DNA of 63,685 nucleotides, filler included, from Barthelona sp. PAP020 (lineage: Eukaryota), in the NCBI GenBank assembly GCA_040182905.1. It is 13 parts of 13 records of this genome, joined end to end, with 100 filler letters (N's around TTAATTAATTAA, not from the genome) between each part and the next. Parts side by side here need not be neighbours in the genome. Positions count along the whole stretch, not along the records: positions 1 to 4,870 come from JARQWU010000640.1; positions 4,971 to 9,831 come from JARQWU010000641.1; positions 9,932 to 14,785 come from JARQWU010000642.1; 10 more parts are not named here. The stretch is one strand, 5' to 3'. Under the pieces are notes generated by a model. It searched no databases. It had not been told where the DNA came from and saw nothing but the letters and a program-made list of their open reading frames with translations. Shown piece by piece: positions 1 to 9,945 of the stretch; the stretch's first letter is position 1, and every line of letters begins with the position of its first letter. A program made the translations under genes and the position numbers.

Positions 1-98
1 TCATTATTTGGAATGTTAGCTGCAGCAATAGCATTCATTTCGGTGTTAGGATTCTTACCCCAACCATCTCGAACAATAACACAAACAGGACCAGTCAT
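1..98 (-). CDS. gpmI: Cofactor-independent phosphoglycerate mutase (iPGM), 5' fragment truncated by the window edge
   Basis: Manual translation from ATG at 98: MTGPVCVIVRDGWGKNPNTEMNAIAAANIPNN. Matches the iPGM N-terminal pattern 'PvvLiilDGWG...NAI..A.tP'. Not in the ORF track. Confidence 0.8.
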   Translation of the reverse strand, partial: MTGPVCVIVRDGWGKNPNTEMNAIAAANIPNN

Positions 99-401
99 TG
101 AAATCAAAAATAGGAATGAAGAATTATTTTAATTTCTTTTATCTCCTGTCTTTACTGACACTTGAATCAATTTCAACCTGAAATTCAATAAGAATGTCAA
201 ATGAAATAAATTATTGAGGTGAGTGGAGAAGCGTTAACTTTTGAAAATTTTCATTTTATGTTATATAAAATGGTGTACCTTTTGCAAAAGACAAACGAAA
301 ATTCCAAAACAAAGAACAAATACAGAATGCTTCATTTTGTAAAACAAAAACATTTTTCATGATTCATTGAAGAAAACCAGTGATTTATTGAGTTAAAAAA
401 T

Positions 402-1916
402 ATGTCTGAGACCACCATATCAAGTTTAGTTGGATTACAACAAAGTTTAACGAAAGATTTTCAAAGTTTTGCCCATAATTCAAATATTTTCGATAAAACG
501 TTAAAATCTTCAAGAAACAGATACGTAAAAAATGTTGTTGAATATAATAAATCTTTGGAACTATCAAAGAAACAGAAAAAGATTAGTGTTGATTCACCTG
601 GATTTGATCCTTTGACTGTGACAGATAGGAACTTTAAAAAATATTTAAATACGCATGTTAAAAAATCTCTTGATGAAGTGATGACTCTTAGTAAAAAAGA
701 AAGACGAATTCGTGAACCTGAACCTGTTTACCATAATTTTTCAGTTAATCCTTCCGTTATTGAATACAATGATGATGGTGATTTGACTGAAATCCCTGTT
801 TTTTCTTTTAATGAACCATTTTGTCAAAAGAAAGAACTAAATTATGTGCCATTTTCATCAGCAAGACGTATGTCATTGATATCTCCTGTAAAAGAACACT
901 ATAGAAAAGGATATGATGTTGGAAAAGGATTAGAATTGTTTAAAGAATCTTTAAGGAATATTAATAGACATACTCATGTTAAATTACGAGAATTTATGTT
1001 GGTTTTAGCAGTTTTACAGAGTATACGAAAGGATGGTGCTGTTATTCTTGATCACCAACGAATTGAAGATCCACAACAGAGAAACAAATTGAAAGAGGTG
1101 GAAGCAAGGTTAGATATTCTTGCTAAAAAGGCTTTCAAATTTGAAGAAACTTCAAAAGAAAGAGATAAACCAATTGTTCGTACTGCTAAAAGGGCTTTAA
1201 AGAGCAGTAAAGAACTATTGGCGAATTTATCCACGAACAAAGAATTTTCAGATTTATCAAAGGATACTGATTTGGAATATTTTTCTCCTCAAAAATTTTC
1301 TGTAAAAATAAAGAAAGAAACAATAATTCCAAAAGTTCCTGATATTTCAATGGAAACCAGTAGGTTTAGTGCAACAAAAGCAAAAAACACAAAAACTCCT
1401 GCAAAAAGAAATACAAATGCTTTTTCATTCGGCGAAATTGGTTTGGTTTCTGCCCCAGCAAAGAATCGTAGAAGTTCTGTCGAAAATGAAGATTTTTCGA
1501 TCACAAATAATTTACCATTAAAACCCATTAAAACTCCAAGATCAAGTCGTCGTCTTGGTAATCAATCTGCAAGGAACACACAAAGAAGTGTTTCAATGTC
1601 TAATTTATTGGATTCCACTGATTTCAATTTATCATCAAGGAATATTATGACTCCTTTACCACCAAATGATGTGGAAATACCAAATGACGATTATTTTGTT
1701 TCTAAGACACCCAGAGGTTCAAAGAATAGTTCAAGAGTGAGCAGTTCAAGATTAAGTTCAACAAGAAAATTTGATCATGACCATTCAAGAAGCTATTCAG
1801 ATAATCTGAGTACTCCAAACTCAATGAATTCAAAAAAGAAACGGTTGTCTATAAAGAGAGGTGATATTTTCTCTGCCAGAAAAAAACAGCTTAGTCATTC
1901 CGAACAAATTTTTTAA
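402..1916 (+). CDS. Hypothetical protein with basic, Ser/Arg-rich low-complexity C-terminal half
   Basis: 504-aa ATG-initiated ORF in AT-rich DNA; no recognised domain. Confidence 0.75.
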   Translation: MSETTISSLVGLQQSLTKDFQSFAHNSNIFDKTLKSSRNRYVKNVVEYNKSLELSKKQKKISVDSPGFDPLTVTDRNFKKYLNTHVKKSLDEVMTLSKKERRIREPEPVYHNFSVNPSVIEYNDDGDLTEIPVFSFNEPFCQKKELNYVPFSSARRMSLISPVKEHYRKGYDVGKGLELFKESLRNINRHTHVKLREFMLVLAVLQSIRKDGAVILDHQRIEDPQQRNKLKEVEARLDILAKKAFKFEETSKERDKPIVRTAKRALKSSKELLANLSTNKEFSDLSKDTDLEYFSPQKFSVKIKKETIIPKVPDISMETSRFSATKAKNTKTPAKRNTNAFSFGEIGLVSAPAKNRRSSVENEDFSITNNLPLKPIKTPRSSRRLGNQSARNTQRSVSMSNLLDSTDFNLSSRNIMTPLPPNDVEIPNDDYFVSKTPRGSKNSSRVSSSRLSSTRKFDHDHSRSYSDNLSTPNSMNSKKKRLSIKRGDIFSARKKQLSHSEQIF

Positions 1917-2661
1917 ACCACCCTATTTCCCCCCTCCACAATAAATGTACATCATTGTTTTTCTATTTGGTATTTATTTGAAATAAAGTATCAAATAATT
2001 TTAACAATCTCAAACAAAGGGAAATTCTTTTTAGAGACTGTATTGGCGTACAAATTTAGAAATAAATCACCAAACAAAATGAATTGCATGAAAGAATGGA
2101 ACAAAATCAAGTTTTTAATGGTTTGAGGAATTTTTACCAACATTAGCAACTTTGGGGAAATACCATCCGCCAAATCAAGTGAAAGATGTGGAAATGATCT
2201 GCTGAAAAAGAATAAAATTAAGTATAAAGATTTTACAAACATTTTATATTGAAGACATGTATAACCCATGCATATAATAGAAATCGAGAAACAAGCATCA
2301 TTCCGAAAGTATAACAAAAATCAAAAAGCTTTCGAAACCTCAAAAATGGAGGCAAAGATCAGAATTTACAAATTTGCACCCAAGAAAAAACCATAAAAAG
2401 TTTAATTCAACAAATTCATCAAAAAAAAAGTTGAATCAAAAGACGTTTAAGCAACAAAAAGATTATAAAGCATATATAATAACCACTAATGTCAATAAAA
2501 CTCAATAACTCCGAAATAAAACCCACATTACCTTCATTTGGGAAGTGTTATCGTGTTTTACACTCAATGAACTACAAAATGAGGAATTGATTAAGAGAGA
2601 TTCTATAATAAATGATTTAATACGTGTGTTGAATACGGTTTTAAGAAGGTAAAGACATGAG

Positions 2662-3861
2662 CTAATCATTGTCCTCATCGGTTAAGTCATCCGTAAATAT
2701 GTGCATATTGCCCCCATTAGCTCTATTAATATCAATTAAGTCCCAAAATTTATTAATAATCAGATCATAATCCTTTTTGCTCATGTGGACACCTGAAGCA
2801 ACCAAGTGTCTGATAATCTGAGCATCTGTATTGATAGACATAAGAGTTGACAATACATGACCACCATCTTTTGACAATTCAATCAATTGCTGGGTGTAGG
2901 AAGTGTCACAGTTGGGTACAATCGAATATATCTTAATAGTTCTGTTGGTACATCTTCCACATGCTAAATGACTCATATTAGATGAGATAGCACAAGAAAA
3001 CAAATCATAATCACAACCACAATAAACTTTTTGAATTCTCTGAAATGTATCAACATTGTATGAAGTGATACAACCATCACCGGACATAATGAACAGTAGG
3101 ATAGGTGAAAAGAAATGAAGGGAAAATACTTCTCCATCCATATCATAAGTGATAATACAAGACCCATCATCCATATTCCAAAGTTTGACCTGATTGAATT
3201 GATCACCAATAGCAATCATTCGTTTGGTTGGATTGGAGGCAATGGCTGTAACAGCTGCATTGTGAGGAAATTTTCTAACAACAGAGAAATCATCTGAATT
3301 AATTAATTGCGCTGTTCTATCAGCACTGGCAGTTAAAAGATGTTTCCCATCTAATACAAGCTTAACTCTCCAAATATAATGAGAATGAATTTTCTCTTCC
3401 AAAACAATTGAACCATTGTTTATATTCCATTTCTTTAGAGTTCCACTAATATCGCCAGAATATAAATAATTGGAACAATCAGAAAAAACAATTCCATAAA
3501 CGCCGGAAACATTATTTAATCTTCTCAAAATAGAAAAATCTGGAAGGTTATATATAATAATAGACTTATCATCTGAGCTTGTCGCTAATAATTGTCCGTT
3601 TGGTGAAAAAGCAACACCATCAACATTTCTTGTATGGTCTTTCAAAGTACGATTCAAACATTCGGTTTCAACATCAATTACATGAACATCACCACGAGTA
3701 CTGCCAAACACTAAAAATTTATCATCTGGAGAATATGCACAATCAAACAAAAAATCAAAAAATACACCTCCAATTTCCTTCATGGTAGATTCATCAATAT
3801 TGTGAGGCAATCTCTCACGAATAGCTTTTTCCCTAAATTCACTATTTAACTCAGCAGACAT
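2662..3861 (-). CDS. WD40-repeat protein with C-terminal 'WDLIDINxxNGGN' module
   Basis: WD repeats (HTRNVDGVAFSPNGQLLATSSDDKSIIIY, GDISGTLKKWN, NQVKLWN); C-terminus IIRHLVASGVHMSKKDYDLIINKFWDLIDINRANGGN. Confidence 0.88.
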   Translation of the reverse strand: MSAELNSEFREKAIRERLPHNIDESTMKEIGGVFFDFLFDCAYSPDDKFLVFGSTRGDVHVIDVETECLNRTLKDHTRNVDGVAFSPNGQLLATSSDDKSIIIYNLPDFSILRRLNNVSGVYGIVFSDCSNYLYSGDISGTLKKWNINNGSIVLEEKIHSHYIWRVKLVLDGKHLLTASADRTAQLINSDDFSVVRKFPHNAAVTAIASNPTKRMIAIGDQFNQVKLWNMDDGSCIITYDMDGEVFSLHFFSPILLFIMSGDGCITSYNVDTFQRIQKVYCGCDYDLFSCAISSNMSHLACGRCTNRTIKIYSIVPNCDTSYTQQLIELSKDGGHVLSTLMSINTDAQIIRHLVASGVHMSKKDYDLIINKFWDLIDINRANGGNMHIFTDDLTDEDND

Positions 3862-4454
3862 ATCAAGCTGTCAGTTAAAAAAAAATAATTGACAAAATCA
3901 CAATTTGTTTTTCAATTATAAAAAGGACATTTTTACTTTCACCATTTATTGTAAAAGAAATTCTTTATTTTGCATCCGAATCAAAATAACGACTAAATGA
4001 TTGGGAAATGAAATCATCAATCAGTTTTACACCTAAATTTCTTTTTTAACACCCAAATGTCTTTGAAAGTGACATTACAGCCACTGAAAAGTTAATTCAA
4101 CCAAATAAACAACAAGTTGACGTTATTTTTGTGATAGACTAATGATCTAGGGTGAAAGTCGGATTATCAGTCTCAAACCACTTACCGAAATCATAAATTC
4201 CCTGAAATCCTCCGAAATTGTTGGATCTACTCTTAGAATACTTGAGTCAAATTTTGCGGGAGGTTGTCTTTTGTATTCAGCAAAATCAAAACTTTAAAAT
4301 TTGGATTTTTGCTTAAAAATAGTTAAAATTTTCAATAGCTCAATCGGATCTTAAAATTTATCAATCAAATGAATACTATTCTTTTGTATTCACTGAAATT
4401 CACAGCGTTTCTTGGCCTGGAAAAAATTTCAGTTTCGATTTGAATTTTATTGCT

Positions 4455-4690
4455 TCAGTTGTGAAACAACTTTTTTTATTTACAAAGAAAAAGCAAACAA
4501 AGGATACTCATTGCCTTAAATCTCATACAGGGAAAATGAATGACTGCAATTGAATCTTGTTTAACAAGTATATTTTTGAAAAGAATTTCATTCCCATTTT
4601 TTTAATATTTTTGAAAGCAAAATTTTAAAGTTTAAACTTTCCTTTAATAAAATCTAAAGTTTTTCAATGGATTAATAGGGCTTCAAAAGC
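4455..4690 (-). repeat. Dispersed repeat family C, copy 1
   Basis: Reverse complement aligns with about 43880-44118 and 53445-53687 (shared AAACTTTAAAATTTT, AAGATTCAATTGCAG, GTTGTTTCACAA). Confidence 0.7.
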
Positions 4691-4691
4691 C

Positions 4692-4870
4692 AATAATGTG
4701 GAAGTTCATGCTCAATGAACGGAATTTATTGGAGACATAAAGAGGTCATCAAATATCACTTCCTTTATTTGTTGTTTCTTGACCACCTTTAGGTCCAATT
4801 TTTTAAGTTACTCAGGCATCTGAATCCACATGAGTTTTTCCCAAACCTTAAGCTAACTCGTTTCGTTGTT
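4692..4870 (+). repeat. Dispersed repeat family A, copy 1 (runs into contig end)
   Basis: Near-identical to 20303-20513, 44162-44261 and the reverse complement of 48940-49138; hairpin GTTCAT-GCTCA-ATGAAC at 4704-4720. Confidence 0.9.
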
Positions 4871-4970
4871 NNNNNNNNNNNNNNNNNNNNNNNNNNNNNN
4901 NNNNNNNNNNNNNNTTAATTAATTAANNNNNNNNNNNNNNNNNNNNNNNNNNNNNNNNNNNNNNNNNNNN
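4871..4970. other. Artificial contig-joining linker N44-TTAATTAATTAA-N44. Also at 9832-9931, 14786-14885, 19751-19850, 24695-24794, 29610-29709, 34499-34598, 39383-39482, 44262-44361, 49139-49238, 54014-54113, 58854-58953
   Basis: Identical 100-nt spacer with stops in all six frames; ORFs are cut at the linkers; contig lengths fall from about 4870 to about 4730. Confidence 0.98.
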
Positions 4971-5177
4971 CATATAAAATCCCTCAATTCCCCCACCCCC
5001 ACGGATGGTTTAATGAAGTCATAAATAAAATAAAAAAATTTAACAACGGAAAAATAATCTTCTTTACTTCCCATCACAAAATGCAGCAAAACCAAAAAGA
5101 TGTCTTCTTGTTTTAATCAAATAAATAATATGTTAAAAAAAACAAGAAATTGTTTGATTAATTTATTTCAACAAAAT

Positions 5178-6065
5178 TTAACATTGTGCAAAACTAGGAA
5201 CAAATTTTTGTCCCACATTACAAGGGGTCAAAACTTGAGGACCCAAAAAATATTCAACGATCCAAACTGAAATAGAACAAAAGAGGGGAATAGTGAAATT
5301 ATCATCAAAAAAGGAAGGAACTAATAATTCTGCCAAAGTGGAAACTAAAGAGGAAACAGAACAAAGAACCAAGGCATCTTGAAAGGGATAATCATACAAA
5401 AGGTAAATTGTTAAAAAAGAGGTGATTAAACAACTAAGAAAACAGCCCAATGAACCCTCAAAACTTTTTCCATTTTTGAATTTATGTTTTCCAAAAGTTT
5501 TTCCCACAAAAGAAGCAGTCAAATCACCAATACATACATGACTATGTGCAATGATCAACCCAGTTGGTGAAGAAAAAACATACACAGAAATTGCAGCAAA
5601 AGCAAACCAAAAAGAACCACTAAACTTATTGCCTTTCCTTTCTTCATTTCTAAAAAAATTTTTTGTAATCCATTTTACAACAATTATATTGTTATTAGGG
5701 AAAACTGTATGTATGAATTCAACAAGCCAAAAAGAAGCAAAGAAAAATCCAATCCCCATAAAAAGAACATTACTTCCATTTTTGAACCTAACAATTAAAA
5801 CTTTATAAGCAAATAAGCCTAAAAAAAGAACAATATGTGTTCCTTTTCTGCGAAATTCAAAGTATTTTCCATCAGGATCCTTCATTCTAATGTTATGATT
5901 CTTTGACAGAGCAGATACTAATACTCGAAGAGGCGTTCCAAATTTGGTATTGATGAATGAAGCTAAAAACCCAACATAAGTAATTGCAAAACCAATAGTT
6001 ACCATCATCAACACAGCATTACTGTAAGATGCAGGCAATGCATTGTCAGTTCGCAATTCAAACAT
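5178..6065 (-). CDS. CTP-dependent lipid kinase, DGK1/SEC59/VTE5 family (diacylglycerol, dolichol or phytol kinase-like), multi-pass membrane protein
   Basis: Motifs FRRKGTH, GDLTASFVGKTFG..KSFEGSLGCF, ELL....DDNFTIP; many hydrophobic segments. Confidence 0.8.
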   Translation of the reverse strand: MFELRTDNALPASYSNAVLMMVTIGFAITYVGFLASFINTKFGTPLRVLVSALSKNHNIRMKDPDGKYFEFRRKGTHIVLFLGLFAYKVLIVRFKNGSNVLFMGIGFFFASFWLVEFIHTVFPNNNIIVVKWITKNFFRNEERKGNKFSGSFWFAFAAISVYVFSSPTGLIIAHSHVCIGDLTASFVGKTFGKHKFKNGKSFEGSLGCFLSCLITSFLTIYLLYDYPFQDALVLCSVSSLVSTLAELLVPSFFDDNFTIPLFCSISVWIVEYFLGPQVLTPCNVGQKFVPSFAQC

Positions 6066-6325
6066 GATAAAAAAAAAGGAAAATTATTGAAAAATCTATT
6101 CTATTCCATGTCAAAATTCATTTATTTATTAATAATTTTTAAAAAATATGAGTTATTGAGAATAAGTTTAACAATTAACAAATAAAATCTTTATTTTATA
6201 GAAAAAAAAAAGAAGGTCTGTTGAAACAATGAAATACTATTAGTTTTGCTCTTTCTTTTGAAGGAGAAATAGAAAAAAGTACGTGTAAAAATAAATAAGA
6301 CTGATCAATTTTTATTGAATTCAAA

Positions 6326-8992
6326 TTAGAGATTCTTTTCACAAACAGATTCGTGCATGTTGAAACCTCTCTTTTCAACGAATTTGCGACCAACTTCATT
6401 ATCAGCAGAAACTTGACCAAAAAGCTTTTTGGCACCCTTCATCTTGGCAAAATCTTCAACAGATTTATAGAGTGTAGCACCAAGACCACCCTTTTGGGCA
6501 GAACTATCAACAACCAAAGAGAATTCAGCATTACCATTGGGAAGACAAGAAAGACGAGAAATTCCCAATAAAGCACCGTTCTTTTCAGCGACAAAGGCAA
6601 TTTCAGTATCATAATCAATCAAACACATTCTGGTTAAACGATCGTTGCAAATCTTGGAGGTCAAATCGTAATTGGCGAAGAATTTGCGATAAGATGAATC
6701 AACAGTTTGTTGATCGTGAAGATTCTTAACACGTTGATAATCAGAAGGACGAATAGGACGAATAACAATTTCTTCCTCTTCAACAACCATGGTGGTGCTC
6801 ATACCAGAAGGATATCCAGAAGCAACAGGAGTAGCAACTTTAGACTTCTTATCGTGAAGTAAAACACGAGCATCCAAAGCGATAATTCCTTCATGAGAAG
6901 CAATTAAAGGATTAATGTCCAATTCCTTAATTTGAGGATTGTCAACAATGAGGTTGGAAAAGTTAACAAGAACATCAGCAAGAACATCAATATCAACAGG
7001 TGGCTTACCACGAACACCCTTAAGAGCAGTATAGATCTTGGTACGAGCCATCATTTGTTTGGATAATTCCTTAGAAAGAGGAGGTAATTCAATGGAAGTA
7101 TCAGCATAAACTTCAACAAGAGTACCACCAGTACCGAAAAGAATAGTAGGTCCTAATTGAGGATCGACATTCATACCAATAATAATTTCATAACCATCAA
7201 GCTTAACCATGGGTTGAACAGTAACACCAAGGAAGTGCTTGACACCAGCGGGAGCGGGATAATGATCTTTAACCTTTTCAACGTTAGCTTCAATAAGATT
7301 GAAAGCATCCTTGACTTCTTCTTCGTTCTTAAGATTCAATTGAACACCACCAACATCAGATTTGTGAGTAATGATTTCTGAATGAATCTTAACAACAACG
7401 GGGAAACCAAGTTCAGTGGCAGCAGCAGCAGCAGCTTCGGCAGTTTCAGCAATGATGGAACGGGCAACGGGAATACCATAAGAATGTAAAAGATTCTTAG
7501 AATCATGTTCAGACATGATAGTACGATCATCAGCATAAGTAACGTTGATAAGTTCTTGAGCTTTAGCCTTGTTGGACTTAGAGAAATCAGTAGAAACATA
7601 AGGTTCTTCATAAAGGTTCAAAAGATTCTTATGATACTTGTACATAAGATTGAAGACATCAGTGGCTTCATCAGGGAAACTGAAGACAGGAATACCGGCC
7701 TTAGTAAGAATTTCAATACCTTCATTGACAGAAGTACCTCCCATCCAAGAAGCAAGAATGGGTTTATCAGTGGTTCTGGCATATTGAACAAGAGCTTGAG
7801 CAGTAGCAGTAGGATCAGACATATCTTGAGGAGTTAAGATGACTAAAGTACCATCGTTGTTAGGATCCTTGGCACAAATAGCAAGAGAATCAGCATATCT
7901 GTCAGGTAAGGCATCACCAAGAATATCGACAGGATTTCCATGAGACCAAGCATCAGGAAGAACCTTATTCAATTGTTCAAGAGTTTCGGGTGAAATTTCT
8001 GATAAAACACCACCAGAAGAGATGAGAGCATCAGTAGTAAGAACACCAGGACCACCAGCATTTGTAATAATGGTAAGACGGTTTCCATGAGGACGAGGTT
8101 GCTTGGCAAGAGTAGCAGCCATGTGGAAAAGATCAGCAATCTTGTGAACACGAAGAACACCACAACGACGGAAAGCGGCATCAAGAACCTTATCAGAACC
8201 AGCTAAAGTACCAGTGTGAGAGGCAGCAGCAGCAGAACCAGCTTCAGTGGCACCAGCCTTGATAACAATAATAGGCTTACTGAGAGCAACTTGACGGGCA
8301 GCAGCGAAGAAAGATTTAGCATTACCAATAGATTCCATATAAATAACAATGGCTTCAGTATTGGGATCATTACCAAAATAGGAAATTAAATCACCCCAAT
8401 CAACATCAAGCATAGATCCAACAGAAACGAAGGCTGAGAAACCGATCTTTTCCTTCAAAGACCAATCCAAAACGGCAGTACACATAGCACCAGATTGAGA
8501 AAGGAAAGCAACCTTTCCAGGAAGAGCCATATCAGCAGCAAAAGTGGCATTGAGACCAGAAAGAGGGTTCATAACACCCAAAACATTAGGCCCAACAATA
8601 CGACAATCACCTCTAACACGCATAATTTCTTCTTCAAGAGCAATACCAGGAGGACCCATTTCCTTGAAACCAGCAGAAATAATGACAATACCTTTAACCT
8701 TAGCAGCAGCACAATCAGCAACAGCAGCAGGAACGAATCTGGCAGGAATAACGATGAGAGCTAAATCAACAGGTTCAGGAACATCACTAACTTTCTTATA
8801 GCATTTGAAACCATGAACAGATTCACGTCTGGGATTAATTGGGTAAATAACACCATTGAAAGGGTTCTTAACCAAGTTAAAAAGAAGAGTGTTACCAACA
8901 CCAGGCTTTTCAGAAGCTCCAATAATAGCAACTGATTTGGGATTGAAAAAACAATCCAAGGGGTTATAAGTGCATCTTAAAAGATCAGTCAT
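6326..8992 (-). CDS. ADP-forming acetyl-CoA synthetase (fused alpha-beta acetate-CoA ligase) with C-terminal GNAT domain
   Basis: CoA-binding [22 protein letters not shown] (phospho-His), ATP-grasp KIHS...[15 protein letters not shown], then GNAT (IRPIRPSD..., [18 protein letters not shown]). Likely start is ATG 8992 (MTDLLR). Strongly biased codon usage suggests high expression. Confidence 0.9.
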   Translation of the reverse strand: MTDLLRCTYNPLDCFFNPKSVAIIGASEKPGVGNTLLFNLVKNPFNGVIYPINPRRESVHGFKCYKKVSDVPEPVDLALIVIPARFVPAAVADCAAAKVKGIVIISAGFKEMGPPGIALEEEIMRVRGDCRIVGPNVLGVMNPLSGLNATFAADMALPGKVAFLSQSGAMCTAVLDWSLKEKIGFSAFVSVGSMLDVDWGDLISYFGNDPNTEAIVIYMESIGNAKSFFAAARQVALSKPIIVIKAGATEAGSAAAASHTGTLAGSDKVLDAAFRRCGVLRVHKIADLFHMAATLAKQPRPHGNRLTIITNAGGPGVLTTDALISSGGVLSEISPETLEQLNKVLPDAWSHGNPVDILGDALPDRYADSLAICAKDPNNDGTLVILTPQDMSDPTATAQALVQYARTTDKPILASWMGGTSVNEGIEILTKAGIPVFSFPDEATDVFNLMYKYHKNLLNLYEEPYVSTDFSKSNKAKAQELINVTYADDRTIMSEHDSKNLLHSYGIPVARSIIAETAEAAAAAATELGFPVVVKIHSEIITHKSDVGGVQLNLKNEEEVKDAFNLIEANVEKVKDHYPAPAGVKHFLGVTVQPMVKLDGYEIIIGMNVDPQLGPTILFGTGGTLVEVYADTSIELPPLSKELSKQMMARTKIYTALKGVRGKPPVDIDVLADVLVNFSNLIVDNPQIKELDINPLIASHEGIIALDARVLLHDKKSKVATPVASGYPSGMSTTMVVEEEEIVIRPIRPSDYQRVKNLHDQQTVDSSYRKFFANYDLTSKICNDRLTRMCLIDYDTEIAFVAEKNGALLGISRLSCLPNGNAEFSLVVDSSAQKGGLGATLYKSVEDFAKMKGAKKLFGQVSADNEVGRKFVEKRGFNMHESVCEKNL

Positions 8993-9412
8993 GTTTAATA
9001 CACACAAAAAAAAAATTAATTTTCCTTCATGAAATCTCATGACCTTTTCAGATACAAGGTGGATTCTTTTTAATTTTCTGAAAACAATTGTTTATTGTAT
9101 ATTGTTTTTTTTAAAGTATCATAAAAAATAAAATTATCCAAAAATTATCTTACTAAAGGAAAATTTTGAAAGAGATAATCTTTTTTATCCATATTTCTGA
9201 GAAGAATACATATTAAAGAATATTTTTGGAGATAAAACAAAATGAAAATAAATTCAATTTCTGAAAGAAATTTGTAAATGGAAAAGGAAAATATTAATTC
9301 AACATTGTGGAATTAAAATCTGGTGAAAATTGAAGATAAAGGAAGAGAATTTTCAGTGATTAAACTGTTAAAAGATCTGGTTAAAAGAAAATTTTTTTCA
9401 ATAGTTTTTCAC

Positions 9413-9831
9413 ATGGTGAAGAAAGAGAATGAAGATATTGAACTTGGTGATGAAGATATCACTTTATTTACAGCATTTGTAAGAAAAAAGAGCAATGAAC
9501 ATTATTATCTAACAATATAGACACAAGGACCTTATTCAAAAGGAATAACTGATTTAGAAGATGAAATACATGATTTGGTTGACAATATTAATACAAAATC
9601 TGGTGTTCGAGAATCAGATTTGGGGTTAGCACCACCCAGTAGTTGGAATTTGGGACATGATCGTTTAGTTATGAAACAAGACCACCCATTATTAGTTGCA
9701 CAATGTACCAAAATACTTGAACCAGATGATCCATCAGATTCCAAAATGTATGTAATAAATGTCCAGCATCAAAAATTTTTAACAGGACTTGCCAATAACA
9801 CAAAGGAAGAAGATATACAAGAAGATATGAG
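9413..9831 (+). CDS. PSMC2: 26S proteasome AAA subunit Rpt1/PSMC2, 5' part; exons 9413-9478 and 9521-9831, truncated at linker
   Basis: Splicing a 42-nt GT-AG intron gives ...DEDITLFTAF|TQGPYSKGI...SGVRESDLGLAPPSSW...PLLVAQCTKI...YVINV, the Rpt1 N-terminus. Confidence 0.85.
9479..9520 (+). other. Spliceosomal intron, 42 nt (Rpt1)
   Basis: GTAAGA...TCTAAC-AATATAG; read-through hits an in-frame TAG and removal restores Rpt1 homology. Confidence 0.88.
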
Positions 9832-9945
9832 NNNNNNNNNNNNNNNNNNNNNNNNNNNNNNNNNNNNNNNNNNNNTTAATTAATTAANNNNNNNNNNNNN
9901 NNNNNNNNNNNNNNNNNNNNNNNNNNNNNNNCCAAACACATTTTA

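Noticed and set aside
1991..2317. 108-aa minus-strand ORF
   Set aside because: Non-ATG start and F/L/I-rich composition expected from A-rich intergenic DNA.
4692..4870. Repeat A as CRISPR array or protein-coding sequence
   Set aside because: Copies are dispersed, with no repeat-spacer periodicity or cas genes; the protein-like minus frame (LKVWEKLMWIQMPE*LKKLDL...) is broken by stops.
7157..8801. Overlapping antisense and alternate-frame ORFs inside ACS, and similar short ORFs inside other genes
   Set aside because: Shadows of codon bias in real genes; no recognisable motifs.
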